Source of the DNA: Escherichia phage vB_EcoP_EP32B | Sequence record: OR544955 | DNA length: 64,000 nucleotides | Strand: one strand, 5' to 3' | Part shown: one piece after another, positions 35,049-45,566 of the stretch | Layout: every line of letters starts with the position of its first letter | How positions within the stretch are numbered: position 1 is the stretch's first letter | Notes under the pieces: generated by a model | Told to the model about the DNA's origin: nothing | Databases searched by the model: none | Seen by the model: the letters and a program-made list of their open reading frames with translations, nothing else | Made by a program: the position numbers and the translations under genes

Positions 35049-35564
35049 TCACGGCCTCACATAAACATAGTTTCGTAATTGATGAGCCCATTTGCTCCAA
35101 TTTCCTACTATAGTTTTTGTATAAACCTTAGTAAGAGTTTTTTGTACTGGAGCCGGTGGAGGTTCTGTACCAGAGTCACTTCTAGAACCGCCTGATGAAC
35201 TTTCTTCTTGGTAGTTATAAATCATTTCAACCGTATAACTAAACACTTTACGAAGATTCTGAGGAGCTCTCCACAAATATAACTGTGTGGACTCATCTTT
35301 TGGTAAATCATCCCATGAAGATGCGGTTTCAAAATCATCATTTAATCGATATTTCAATGCGTCCGAAGAAAAGCTAAACACACTTTCATATGTTCCATAT
35401 AAACGATTACCGTCTACCGTAATGCCTTGTGTCGGTTCATAATCTGTTATATTTATTGACACTAAAGTTTCGGTTGTTTCTAACTGTGGAGTAAAAAGGA
35501 CGTCAATAGACGCCCCTTCCATGTCTTCTCCTAAGTCGGTATTTAAAGGAAGTATTTGTGCCAT
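35049..35564 (-). CDS. 5.1: gp5.1-like protein
   Basis: 171 aa between gp5 and gp5.4. Confidence 0.6.
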   Translation of the reverse strand: MAQILPLNTDLGEDMEGASIDVLFTPQLETTETLVSINITDYEPTQGITVDGNRLYGTYESVFSFSSDALKYRLNDDFETASSWDDLPKDESTQLYLWRAPQNLRKVFSYTVEMIYNYQEESSSGGSRSDSGTEPPPAPVQKTLTKVYTKTIVGNWSKWAHQLRNYVYVRP

Positions 35565-35567
35565 ATA

Positions 35568-37301
35568 TTACCCAATATCAATACGAGATCCGTCAACAGT
35601 GTATTGTCCTGAAGCTACTGAGCTCATTGTAGACATTGTTTCGGCCCAATCCCCGGCAACAGTCATATCAACATTACCATTAACAGTCCATTTAACGTTT
35701 CCGTTGACGGTGTAATCATGATTCCCTTCGACCTGAGTTTTAGCATCACCTTTAACAAGAATATCTGCATTTCCGTCAACAACTATTTTGATATTACCCT
35801 TAACGTAAAGAGTTCCATCGCCTTCAACAGTTTTAGATTGGTTACCACGAATAAAGATTGTGTCATTGCCGTCTATTTGATGGAGGCGGTCTGCCATGTT
35901 ATAATATATTTCATTAGCACCAACGTTAACAAGCTTATCGCCAGAAATCAAGAAGTTCCCATCACCATTAGTGATGTCAAAAAGGTCTTCTACAGTTTTA
36001 CGAGTACGACGCCCAGATGGAGAAACTTCCTCATATGACCCTGTTGGATGAACTAAACGATAACGTTCATTACCTGGAGTGTCATCAAATTCTTGGATAT
36101 GACCGCTTTCTGTTTCCATAGCATGAACGTATGGATACTCACCACGATAACTTGATTCCGGTTCTTTAAAAAGGATGCGTGAATCTAATGGAACAGGAGG
36201 ACCAGCCGGGTCTTCTGAATCGGTATTTCTAGTAACTAAATCGGCACCAACTCCTGGTGAAGGCGGTGTTTTAACAGGAACACCGTATGATTCCATGTTA
36301 CCGGTTAAAATAATTGTTGTTACACGTGAAGCGCGTCCTTTAGTCTGTTGGAACCATAATGAATCGCGCCCAGATTTGTATGCAGTTTTCCAATCACCTT
36401 CGGCCATTGCTTTAAGCATAGTATTGAATTTTGCTACACCACCAACGCCCATTTGGAAGCACATGTTTTCTAATGCCATTTGGCGAGATCTGTTCATTTT
36501 AGCATAAACAGGACCTACTTTAGAATTAGAACGAATGTCTTTCTGCATCTTAGCAAGGTCCTTCTCAAATAACGCTGTTGCTTCTTCTAATGTAATAGTT
36601 CCCGGATTTCCTGTTACTTCACGCCCTACTTGATCAGATAACAATTTATTAATTCGAGACATATCTCGGGTCTTTTCCATTACGATAAGGTGTCCAATAC
36701 CTACGGTAGGATATCCGAGATGGTCCCAATACACTTTATCACGAAGACCTTCGTCACGACGTAACATTTCTGTTATTGTAAAATTAGGGTCGTCATCTTC
36801 TGGAATATTTGCTAAATCTGTATCGTCTGGGTTTATACCATAATCTAAGTTGTTATCTTGAATTACGTTAGAGTTCGAATAATAACCAGCTTCACCACCT
36901 TGGTTTAATACGTTCGTATCATTACCTAAACGTCGCGGATACTGACCTGTCGGGTCTGAAAAACCTTCAAGTCTATTAGGCTTTTCACGTACAATTCCGC
37001 CATACGTACCAAGTACAATCCCGTTTGTTTTCCATTTGTCTAAGAAATGACCATATACTCGAGTTCCTTCAACAGGACCTGTAACAGAACCACCAATACC
37101 TGACATTGATGCAGACGTAATAGGTTGAATAACAGTCATCCATGGAAGTTTTTCTGTAGGAATACCTTGTACATCACCTTGTGCTCTCTGTGCCGGATGA
37201 AGTCCAACTACTCGCACTCGAACTCGCCCTTGTTTTAATGGGTCCATTCTGTCCTCGACAACACCCACGAACCAATTAAGGCTACTACTAATCATTTCCA
37301 T
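35568..37301 (-). CDS. 5: Baseplate central spike/cell-puncturing protein gp5 with lysozyme domain
   Basis: 577 aa; internal T4-lysozyme-like domain (GIGHL..., MLKAMAEGDWKTAY); C-terminal beta-helix VxGxxxxx repeats. Confidence 0.9.
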   Translation of the reverse strand: MEMISSSLNWFVGVVEDRMDPLKQGRVRVRVVGLHPAQRAQGDVQGIPTEKLPWMTVIQPITSASMSGIGGSVTGPVEGTRVYGHFLDKWKTNGIVLGTYGGIVREKPNRLEGFSDPTGQYPRRLGNDTNVLNQGGEAGYYSNSNVIQDNNLDYGINPDDTDLANIPEDDDPNFTITEMLRRDEGLRDKVYWDHLGYPTVGIGHLIVMEKTRDMSRINKLLSDQVGREVTGNPGTITLEEATALFEKDLAKMQKDIRSNSKVGPVYAKMNRSRQMALENMCFQMGVGGVAKFNTMLKAMAEGDWKTAYKSGRDSLWFQQTKGRASRVTTIILTGNMESYGVPVKTPPSPGVGADLVTRNTDSEDPAGPPVPLDSRILFKEPESSYRGEYPYVHAMETESGHIQEFDDTPGNERYRLVHPTGSYEEVSPSGRRTRKTVEDLFDITNGDGNFLISGDKLVNVGANEIYYNMADRLHQIDGNDTIFIRGNQSKTVEGDGTLYVKGNIKIVVDGNADILVKGDAKTQVEGNHDYTVNGNVKWTVNGNVDMTVAGDWAETMSTMSSVASGQYTVDGSRIDIG

Positions 37302-37876
37302 TATGCAATCTCCATCTCACGAATCAAATCAGTAATAAACGAGTTTATATCTTCTTTTGCAACAATTTTTATTTTACGAAGTTTTTCATTATCTAATACT
37401 GCCGCTTCGTAAGTATCTACTGCAGCTAAAGGTCCTTTATATTGCGGATACTTACGAGCTTCATCACCTTTATCGTACCACACTAAAGGCTCGTCCGGAT
37501 ATGAAACTAAATTGTAAAATTTCTCACGATTTTCATTGATATGATAAAGAACTTGGTCTCCACCGGCATTAGCATATTTCTGAATAGAAGCTTGATACGC
37601 TGCTTCCTGAGATGTAATCCAACCATAATACGGGTCGTAGTTATCGTTACACATCAAAAGAACCCAGTATAATTGAGGGTTGCCATAAATTATGTTTGCT
37701 AGTTCTTCAGGACGCGGAGAGCCTTTAATATAATAAGAACGTAATCTATAATTGGCAGCAACACGCTTAAAGTACTCTTTATAGTTACGAAATATGTCTG
37801 TCATAGGAATAGTAGGTGCATTCTTATTAACTGTTTTAGCACTATATCCTATTGGGTCGAAGAATGTAAATAACAA
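37301..37876 (-). CDS. 53: Baseplate wedge protein gp53
   Basis: 191 aa; position upstream of gp5. Confidence 0.8.
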   Translation of the reverse strand: MLFTFFDPIGYSAKTVNKNAPTIPMTDIFRNYKEYFKRVAANYRLRSYYIKGSPRPEELANIIYGNPQLYWVLLMCNDNYDPYYGWITSQEAAYQASIQKYANAGGDQVLYHINENREKFYNLVSYPDEPLVWYDKGDEARKYPQYKGPLAAVDTYEAAVLDNEKLRKIKIVAKEDINSFITDLIREMEIA

Positions 37877-37903
37877 GATAGTCTCCTTCCAATATGAAAT
37901 TGG

Positions 37904-37926
37904 TATAAATAATAATACTATTTATA
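37904..37926. promoter_or_regulatory. Divergent late promoters for gene 4 (+) and gene 53 (-)
   Basis: TATAAATA on + at 37904-37911; TATTTATA on + at 37919-37926. Confidence 0.5.
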
Positions 37927-37937
37927 AGGAGGACAAC

Positions 37938-39134
37938 ATGGCCTACTCTGGTAAATGGGTCCCAAAAAATTTAAAAAAATACCGTGGAGACCATACCAAA
38001 ATAACGTATCGTTCAAACTGGGAAAAATTCTTTTTCGAATGGTTAGATAAAAATCCAGAAATTATTGCATGGGGTAGTGAAACAGCAGTAATTCCATATT
38101 TTTGTAATGCTGAAGGTAAAAAACGTCGATACTATATGGACATATGGATGAAAGATGCATCAGGTCAAGAGTTCTTTGTAGAAATAAAACCAAAGAAAGA
38201 AACTCAACCACCTATTAAGCCTGCAAATCTTACTACCGCAGCAAAGAAACGTTATATGAATGAAATATATACCTGGTCTGTGAACTGTGACAAATGGAAA
38301 GCTGCCTCAGCTATGAGCATATTCCAAATTATATCTGAAGGCGTACAAGCCCCTAAGATTGCTCAGTCTATGAATGAAAGAAAATGGATTGAGATAGGAT
38401 TAGAATACAAGAAAGCTAAAGAGAAAGGAATCACTGCAAAAGCATTTGCAGAATCAAAAGGAATAAAATACTCGTCGTTTACATCTGCAATGTCTAGATA
38501 TGCATCATCTATTAAGACCGCACAGAAAATTGAAACGCTTGAATCTAAACCTAAAAATAAACTCAATAAGCAAGAACGTCAACTTCTGATGATAAACTCG
38601 TTTCGCAGTTCAATACGAGAAAAGATTAGAAATGAAGGCGCAGCAGTAAACAACAAATCATCTAAGTGGTTTGTTGAAACAATTAAGAAAAGTGTAAAAG
38701 GTCATAAAGTAGTCAAGCCTACGCCAGGCAAAATTTATACTTACGTGTATGATGCTAAACATAAAGATACTCTGCCGTATTGGGACAGATATCCTTTGAT
38801 TATTTATTTAGGATTAGGTAAACATAATTTGATGTATGGATTAAACTTGCACTATATCCCACCTAAAGCACGACAACAGTTTCTTGAAGAATTGCTGAAG
38901 CAATATGCTAGCACAACTACTATTACTAATAACACAAAGTTGAAGATAGACTGGAGCAAGGTGAAAGGATTTCAAGGTGCTGACAAAATGATTAAAGCAT
39001 ACCTGCCTGGCCACATTAGAGGAACAATAACAGAAATAGCTCCTAAAGACTGGGCTAACATAATCATGTTACCTACTCAGCAGTTTATGTCAAAAGGAAA
39101 ACGTTTCTCTGCGAATACTGTTTGGAAATCTTAA
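37938..39134 (+). CDS. Head completion gp4-like N-terminus continuous with gp2-like (DNA end protector) region in a single 398 aa ORF
   Basis: ATG 37938 with AAGGAGG SD; one uninterrupted frame where T4 is recalled to have two genes (4 and 2). Confidence 0.5.
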   Translation: MAYSGKWVPKNLKKYRGDHTKITYRSNWEKFFFEWLDKNPEIIAWGSETAVIPYFCNAEGKKRRYYMDIWMKDASGQEFFVEIKPKKETQPPIKPANLTTAAKKRYMNEIYTWSVNCDKWKAASAMSIFQIISEGVQAPKIAQSMNERKWIEIGLEYKKAKEKGITAKAFAESKGIKYSSFTSAMSRYASSIKTAQKIETLESKPKNKLNKQERQLLMINSFRSSIREKIRNEGAAVNNKSSKWFVETIKKSVKGHKVVKPTPGKIYTYVYDAKHKDTLPYWDRYPLIIYLGLGKHNLMYGLNLHYIPPKARQQFLEELLKQYASTTTITNNTKLKIDWSKVKGFQGADKMIKAYLPGHIRGTITEIAPKDWANIIMLPTQQFMSKGKRFSANTVWKS

Positions 39135-39236
39135 TTCTATTCTCTTCCGTTCGTCTGATATTCTGTTGAACCGGATTAATGGAAGAGACCTAAAACCATT
39201 ATACTGTATTTTTATTAAAGCGTTTTTGAGGTGCTT

Positions 39237-39821
39237 ATGACTCGTCCAGCGAGACAGATTTTTAACCAAACAAATATAACAAACTTTGTTGTGGATATCC
39301 CAGATAGTACACGAACTTCGGGTTTTGTGCTCAATGCCCAAACGGCTCCATTGCCAGGTGTGAGAATTCCTGTTGTTGAAACCGTGACAGGCACAATGGG
39401 GTTAGGACGTGCAATGCGTGCAGGCACCACATTTGAATATGACCCTTTTATTGTACGATTTATAGTTGATGAAGACATGACGTCCTGGATGAACATGTAT
39501 AAATGGATGCTCAGCACTAATAACTATATAACCGGACATAATACGGCACACTCTGATGGTCCTGAGTTTGTTACTTTGCACATTTTAAACAACAATAAGA
39601 CCGAAGTAGTTTTGACGGCAAATTTCTATAAACCGTGGATTTCCGATCTGAGCGAAATTGAATTTAGTTACACTGAAGACTCTGACCCTGCCGTTACGTG
39701 CGTAGCAACTATTCACTACGCGTATATGACGATAGAAAAAGATGGCGAAGTCATTGTATCTCAACAACCACGTCAATCGGTCGAATCTAAATCCATTTCT
39801 AGACACCCTTCCTTGCGTTAA
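39237..39821 (+). CDS. 3: Tail completion/sheath stabilizer gp3-like
   Basis: 194 aa; position between gp2 and gp1. Confidence 0.5.
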   Translation: MTRPARQIFNQTNITNFVVDIPDSTRTSGFVLNAQTAPLPGVRIPVVETVTGTMGLGRAMRAGTTFEYDPFIVRFIVDEDMTSWMNMYKWMLSTNNYITGHNTAHSDGPEFVTLHILNNNKTEVVLTANFYKPWISDLSEIEFSYTEDSDPAVTCVATIHYAYMTIEKDGEVIVSQQPRQSVESKSISRHPSLR

Positions 39822-39875
39822 TCGCTTCTAGCTCCGTATGTTATAATCACTCATAAATTATATGAGGAAAAACCT

Positions 39876-40610
39876 ATGGAGCTAATCTTTTTAAGTGGCA
39901 TCAAACGTAGCGGTAAAGACACTACTGCTGATTACATCAATTCAAACTTTAAATCCGTAAAATACCAATTGGCATATCCGATTAAAGACGCTCTAGCAAT
40001 AGCCTGGGGACGTAAACATGCTGAAAATCCTAATGTATTCACAGAGTTGAAATACGAATACTTTGAAGGCATTGGATACGACCGTGAAACACCATTAAAT
40101 CTCAATAAGTTGGATGTTATTGAATTATTGGAAGAAGCGCTAATTTATTTGCAAAGCCAATATTTACCAATTAATAATGTTAAAGTATTATCATCGTTAG
40201 AAGGTGGATATTCATATCTAGATATTAAACCGTATGAAGCCCTGCGTGAAGCTATAAATAATATCAACGACACATGGTCAATCCGCCGTCTTATGCAAGC
40301 CCTCGGTACGGATGTTGTCGTTAATTTATTTGACCGTATGTATTGGGTTAAACTTTTTGCATTAAACTATATGGATTATATTGGAAGTGATTTCGATTAC
40401 TATGTCGTAACCGATACACGCCAAGTCCATGAAATGGAAACCGCTAGAGCGATGGGTGCTACAGTTATTCATGTGGTTCGCTCTGGTACGGAATCCACCG
40501 ATAAACATATTACAGAAGCTGGGTTGCCTATTGAAGAAGGCGATTTAGTTATTACAAACGACGGCTCTTTAGAAGAGCTTTATTCTAAAATTGAAACAAT
40601 CTTAAGGTAA
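39876..40610 (+). CDS. 1: Deoxynucleoside monophosphate kinase gp1
   Basis: 244 aa; N-terminal P-loop GIKRSGKDT. Confidence 0.85.
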   Translation: MELIFLSGIKRSGKDTTADYINSNFKSVKYQLAYPIKDALAIAWGRKHAENPNVFTELKYEYFEGIGYDRETPLNLNKLDVIELLEEALIYLQSQYLPINNVKVLSSLEGGYSYLDIKPYEALREAINNINDTWSIRRLMQALGTDVVVNLFDRMYWVKLFALNYMDYIGSDFDYYVVTDTRQVHEMETARAMGATVIHVVRSGTESTDKHITEAGLPIEEGDLVITNDGSLEELYSKIETILR

Positions 40611-40614
40611 TAAA

Positions 40615-41300
<686 letters not shown>

Positions 41301-41313
41301 TTTTCACAAAACA

Positions 41314-41348
41314 GTTTACATAAGGATGATGGTGTGATACTATCATCC
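41314..41348 (+). promoter_or_regulatory. PeSL-like early promoter with stem-loop
   Basis: GTTTAC 41314-41319, TGATACTAT 41335-41343, inverted repeat GGATGAT/ATCATCC flanking the -10. Confidence 0.55.
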
Positions 41349-41377
41349 TATCAAATAAACAACCTCAAGGAAATAAA

Positions 41378-41440
41378 ATGAAAACATATCAAGAATTTAT
41401 ATATGTTATAGTAGTCCTATCAAAACAAGAGGATAATAAA
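41378..41440 (+). other. Remnant internal-protein (IPI-type) start codon region fused to a partial PeSL
   Basis: ATG with SD encoding MKTYQEFI (capsid-targeting-sequence-like), running directly into TATGTTATAGTAGTCCTATCAAAACAAGAGGA and a second start at 41441. Confidence 0.45.
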
Positions 41441-41626
41441 ATGAAACGCGCTGAACTGATTCGTAATGTTGCTGTAGTAATTGCTTCAATGGCTTTTAGT
41501 TTTTCGATGTTTGTAGGATTCATTTGTGGACTACTGACAACAACTGAAAACTCTATCTCATTGGTAGTAGCATTTCTAATCGGCTTAATCGCTATCGTTA
41601 TGGATAAAATTGCAAAAGGTGAGTAA
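41441..41626 (+). CDS. Small hydrophobic membrane protein (61 aa; 82 aa if started at 41378)
   Basis: ATG 41441 with GAGGA SD; predicted TM helices. Confidence 0.5.
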   Translation: MKRAELIRNVAVVIASMAFSFSMFVGFICGLLTTTENSISLVVAFLIGLIAIVMDKIAKGE

Positions 41627-41989
41627 ATGAAATATCATGTATATGCAGATTTTGAAGCAAATCCTTCTAAAGACCATGATTGTCGTTTGATACGCAGACC
41701 ATTTGATTCAGCAGCTCAAGCCTGGGCTTGGATTAAATCTAAATCGCCTGGTTATATGTTCTTTGAAGTAGTCGATGACAATGGTACACTGCATCCGGCC
41801 CCTACAGAAACTATTAATTTCCTTCTGTTTGCTGGTTATGACTGTTATCCTCTTGGTGGTATTGACGACCTTGTTGCTACAGGAAAAACTGTTGAGGCTC
41901 TTCGCGAAATTTATAAAAACGCAGAAGAAAATTTTGACTGGTATCATATTGTTGATGCTCATACCTTTGAAATAGTGGAACATTCATGA
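41627..41989 (+). CDS. Hypothetical protein
   Basis: 120 aa ORF, ATGA overlap with upstream. Confidence 0.5.
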   Translation: MKYHVYADFEANPSKDHDCRLIRRPFDSAAQAWAWIKSKSPGYMFFEVVDDNGTLHPAPTETINFLLFAGYDCYPLGGIDDLVATGKTVEALREIYKNAEENFDWYHIVDAHTFEIVEHS

Positions 41990-42276
41990 TTCTTTATGCT
42001 AAGGTAAAATCCGTTGAGAATGGATATGAAAGCGACCGGGGTGCAGCTAAAGCACTAGTCGATGACTACGGTATTCTGACTAACTTTGAGGTTGAAAAGG
42101 TTTATATCGACCGTTCATCTTCACAGGTTAAATTACTCTGTGAAGACAATAAATTTAACACAGTTAATTTTGATTTCTTTATTGAAACTGAATCAGGTCC
42201 TCTTGAATATGATATTTTCAAGAATCCTTTGAAATTACGTTGCATTGAATATAATTACATTAATATGGTACGGTGA
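41986..42276 (+). CDS. Hypothetical protein
   Basis: 96 aa ORF overlapping previous stop. Confidence 0.5.
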   Translation: MILYAKVKSVENGYESDRGAAKALVDDYGILTNFEVEKVYIDRSSSQVKLLCEDNKFNTVNFDFFIETESGPLEYDIFKNPLKLRCIEYNYINMVR

Positions 42277-42280
42277 GTAA

Positions 42281-42772
42281 ATGAATATTTGTTTAGGCAG
42301 TACAATTCCTAAGGGTTACGTAATTGATGTCACTACTTGGGAAAATGACGGTGACAACTATAAAACCAAAACATTATTTGGTGTAGAAGAGCATGAGCTC
42401 CAACAGTTTAAATATCTCTTGAAGAAATTTAAGAGTCGTCATTCTAGTACTAAAGCTGAACGTTACTGTGGTAATACACTATTCAGTGATTGCTCGCTTT
42501 TAATCTATGAATACTTGGTTGAAGGACTGTTCTCAGACCAGCTTTATCCAGAATTCATTAAAAAGGTCTTTGATATTGAAGTCGACCTTGGTAATAAATC
42601 TGAAGAAGACGAATCACGTGTATTTGACCTGTTCCAAGGTCTCATTGATATTCTTGGCCATGCTTCTGAATATTATGACTATGATTTCTTGCGTGTAGTT
42701 GAACGTGTTGAATTCGCTTATATTGAAGAAGAAATTGTTTTGCCGACTGTTAAAATGATTGATTTGCTTTAA
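42281..42772 (+). CDS. Hypothetical acidic protein
   Basis: 163 aa ORF. Confidence 0.5.
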   Translation: MNICLGSTIPKGYVIDVTTWENDGDNYKTKTLFGVEEHELQQFKYLLKKFKSRHSSTKAERYCGNTLFSDCSLLIYEYLVEGLFSDQLYPEFIKKVFDIEVDLGNKSEEDESRVFDLFQGLIDILGHASEYYDYDFLRVVERVEFAYIEEEIVLPTVKMIDLL

Positions 42773-42851
42773 GAATTATGTGTTATTATTAATTCATACC
42801 CTCTATTACCAAAGGTGCTCTAAAGTGCCTTTCATAATAGAAAGTTATTTA

Positions 42852-42990
42852 GGCCCTGTAGCTCAATGGTGCAGTAGCTGCTCTGGAAAACCTGTTCCAA
42901 ATTGCAACAGAAGAACGCGAAGAAGTTACATTATGGATTGAAGATAACGCAGGTCTGAATCTCCAGGACGCGATCTCATTATCCCACAAT
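42852..42990 (+). other. Non-coding region with tRNA-like fragments (probable decayed tRNA cluster)
   Basis: GGCCCTGTAGCTCAATGGT resembles acceptor/D-arm; ...GATCTCATTATCC resembles a tRNA 3' region; no complete cloverleaf could be folded by eye. Confidence 0.3.
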
Positions 42991-43039
42991 AGTATCACTG
43001 TTCAAGGCTGGGTATCATCTAGTTATTCTTGCTAAAACA

Positions 43040-43078
43040 GTTTACAACAAGATAGGGCTATGTTATAGTAGTCCTATC
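43040..43078 (+). promoter_or_regulatory. PeSL-like early promoter with stem-loop
   Basis: GTTTAC 43040-43045; TGTTATAGT 43061-43069; inverted repeat GATAGGGCT/AGTCCTATC. Confidence 0.55.
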
Positions 43079-43097
43079 AAAACAAATGGAGTCCACA

Positions 43098-43337
43098 ATG
43101 ATTTATTACGAAAGTATCGGAACCAAAGTGGTTGGTAAAACCATTACTCGTGAAAAGTTTGCAAAGATATTCGATATGCGTTATAAAAAATCTGAACACA
43201 AAGGCATCCGATTCGAAGATGCGCACTGTACAATTTGCCCTTATAATGAAGACATAAACGGTACAATCGTTCCATTGGTAGAGGCTTCACATGATGACCT
43301 CTGGGATGAATATAATATCGCATGTCGTGAAATTTAA
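43098..43337 (+). CDS. Hypothetical protein
   Basis: 79 aa from ATG 43098 after GGAG. Confidence 0.5.
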   Translation: MIYYESIGTKVVGKTITREKFAKIFDMRYKKSEHKGIRFEDAHCTICPYNEDINGTIVPLVEASHDDLWDEYNIACREI

Positions 43338-43365
43338 GTTAATGAATTAATCCGAGGAAAATATT

Positions 43366-44322
43366 ATGATGTTAGTTATTGGTTCTCGTGCACTTCACTA
43401 TCACGGTCTTATTGATTCTAGCGCTATTAAAAATAGTGATTGGGACTTTATTGCGGACCAAGGTTCTTGGAATGCATTCAAAAATCAAATGATGGGTGTA
43501 TATGTTCACCAAGATAACCCTGATGTCCAAGTTTTCAAATGCTTCCATAATGGACGCGAAACTCATTTTGAAGCATATATTGTTCCGGCAATCACTAGTG
43601 TCCGTGAATTAGTCGGTGAACTCACTCCTGAAGATTTCACGTCTTCTTATGACCTTTTAAAATACGCCAAGAAAAATTTGACTAAAGACCGTTTGAACGG
43701 GTTTTACTGGGCAACTCCTGAGATATGTCTTGCAATTAAGATGTCTCATCGTTTCAAGAAAAATAATCCATTCTTTTTAAAGACTATGAACCATATTCAG
43801 TATCTTCGTGGTAAAGGTGTTAAACTGAACGATGAACTTACTGAAATTATGCTGAAACGCCAGAAAGAAACCTTGAACTATGCTCACCCTGTTCTTGACA
43901 CTTCTAAAAGTGCGTTCTTTAAAGATGACATCTATACATATGACCATGATACTATTCACGAAGCTATTGCACTAACAGACCGTCCGGCTTATACATTTTA
44001 CATGAAAGATGGTTCTGAAGTCATGACCTCACGCGAGAAGTTTGAATCACTTCCGGAAATGGTCAAATTGGCCGGTGTATATGAAGAAACATGTGTACTA
44101 GCGTTAGAACGTTCTCAGATTCCTAATGGCTTTGAAATCCATCCTCGTGATAGTTTTATGATGGCATTAGAAAAGGTCTGTACTTCAATCACATCAGGCT
44201 GGTTCCGTGAGTTCGCTTGGGAAAATTATAGCAAAGTAGTAAGTATGTACCAAAGCTTAGGACACGACGATTACGTCAAGCGTTTCAAACAAAACTTTCA
44301 TATGGTAAAACCTTTCAAATAA
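43366..44322 (+). CDS. Hypothetical 318 aa protein with possible nucleotidyltransferase-like GS...DxD motif
   Basis: GAGGA SD; N-terminal VIGSRALHYHGL...SDWDFIAD. Confidence 0.5.
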   Translation: MMLVIGSRALHYHGLIDSSAIKNSDWDFIADQGSWNAFKNQMMGVYVHQDNPDVQVFKCFHNGRETHFEAYIVPAITSVRELVGELTPEDFTSSYDLLKYAKKNLTKDRLNGFYWATPEICLAIKMSHRFKKNNPFFLKTMNHIQYLRGKGVKLNDELTEIMLKRQKETLNYAHPVLDTSKSAFFKDDIYTYDHDTIHEAIALTDRPAYTFYMKDGSEVMTSREKFESLPEMVKLAGVYEETCVLALERSQIPNGFEIHPRDSFMMALEKVCTSITSGWFREFAWENYSKVVSMYQSLGHDDYVKRFKQNFHMVKPFK

Positions 44323-44334
44323 TTTCACAAAACA

Positions 44335-44369
44335 GTTTACAAGGTCTGTAGTTGTTGATACTATAGACC
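44335..44369 (+). promoter_or_regulatory. PeSL-like early promoter with stem-loop
   Basis: GTTTAC 44335-44340; TGATACTAT; inverted repeat GGTCTGTAG/CTATAGACC. Confidence 0.55.
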
Positions 44370-44402
44370 TATCAAAACAAATGAGTGAATGGAGATATCA
44401 AA

Positions 44403-44603
44403 ATGACTACTTTGAATAAACGTTTCGGTAAAGCTAAACCTGGTTGTGCAGCAGAACGTCGTTATGTTTTCGCTCAGTTAGAAGATGTAGAGTATCAGAT
44501 TAATCAAGTTCACATTACTGGTATCGAGCCTATGTGTGGCCTTGAAGCTCTTCGTGAAGTTCGTGATGGGTATCGTCGTGACATCGAAGAAATGTCAAAA
44601 TAA
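44403..44603 (+). CDS. Hypothetical protein
   Basis: 66 aa from ATG 44403 after GGAG. Confidence 0.5.
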   Translation: MTTLNKRFGKAKPGCAAERRYVFAQLEDVEYQINQVHITGIEPMCGLEALREVRDGYRRDIEEMSK

Positions 44604-44604
44604 G

Positions 44605-44644
44605 TGTACAAACTGATAGGACTATGTTATAGTAGTAGTCCTAT
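44605..44644 (+). promoter_or_regulatory. PeSL-like early promoter with stem-loop
   Basis: GTGTAC -35 variant; TGTTATAGT; inverted repeat GATAGGACT/AGTCCTAT. Confidence 0.5.
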
Positions 44645-44664
44645 TAAAACATGAGGAGAATATT

Positions 44665-44970
44665 ATGAAATTAACAGAAACCAATCGAATTGGTCTTTTA
44701 ACAATACTTGCATCACCTTTTTACGCAACTCTTTCTGTTGCAGTATTACAAAAGGCTTACGATATGGATGGTGTTCCTGGTTTTGTATTCTTATCGCCGT
44801 TTTTGCTATTCGTTGGAGCATTGTTATTATATGCCACGACTGGTTTCGACCATAATGTCTGGGTCAATTATAAACGTAAATTGTCCGAAGAAGAACACGC
44901 AGAAGCTCGTAAAAAAGCTATTGAATCTACCAATCTAGAAAATTTCATTAAAGAATGTCGAGGAAAATAA
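44665..44970 (+). CDS. Small membrane protein
   Basis: 101 aa; GAGGAG SD; two predicted TM helices. Confidence 0.55.
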   Translation: MKLTETNRIGLLTILASPFYATLSVAVLQKAYDMDGVPGFVFLSPFLLFVGALLLYATTGFDHNVWVNYKRKLSEEEHAEARKKAIESTNLENFIKECRGK

Positions 44971-45092
44971 TATGAATAGTTCTAAAGTGTTTAATAGTCA
45001 AGCTCGTGCAGTAGGTGGTTTTGCTCATGCGATTAAAAATGACCAGATTAAAAACGAGCCTATGTTCTTTTGTATTTGATTCACGAGTCCAC

Positions 45093-45566
45093 ATGCTGAT
45101 GCCTGGTTGGTATCCTGCTATCCCAGGTTATCACCATGATGACGTACCACGCCCGGATATTCCGGTTGGTCAACATTTTATTACTGCAGGACAACCTGAC
45201 TATGACAATCCTCGCTATTTGTCTGAACATATTCTTGGTCTTGTTAACGCTGATGTGTGTCCTACTCATTTTGCAACAGGAACTGCGGAGTTCAGTCAGA
45301 TTCCTGATGGCGAACTTATCTATCGCCAGTGGCACAAAGAAGTCCTCGAAAAAATCGAAAAAGGCGAACTAGAGAAATGGGAAGCTCCAGACCGTACTCT
45401 TCTTCAGTTTGATTGGCAAACATGGCACACTGGTTCTCGTGCAATTAGTAATGGATGGCGTTGGTTCGGACGTGTATCTCGTAATACAGACCGAGTTAAA
45501 AAGATTACCAATGAAATTCGCGTCAATGCCCAAGTTTATCTGGAATTCCCTATGGAAGGCTGGTAA
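45093..45566 (+). CDS. Hypothetical protein (start uncertain)
   Basis: Frame open from 45015; first ATG at 45093 without clear SD; a 35 aa ORF (44972-45079) precedes it in another frame. Confidence 0.4.
   Translation: MLMPGWYPAIPGYHHDDVPRPDIPVGQHFITAGQPDYDNPRYLSEHILGLVNADVCPTHFATGTAEFSQIPDGELIYRQWHKEVLEKIEKGELEKWEAPDRTLLQFDWQTWHTGSRAISNGWRWFGRVSRNTDRVKKITNEIRVNAQVYLEFPMEGW

Noticed and set aside
37794-37937. N-terminal extension of the gp4/gp2 ORF (track start 37794), and similar extensions at 1186, 46726, 49923, 53084, 56302 and 62537
   Set aside because: Extensions run through promoter or SD sequences; internal ATGs with canonical SD spacing and T4-matching N-termini are preferred.
42759-42941. 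60 aa ORF across the tRNA-like remnant region
   Set aside because: No SD; overlaps tRNA-like fragments; Cys/Arg-rich low-complexity translation.
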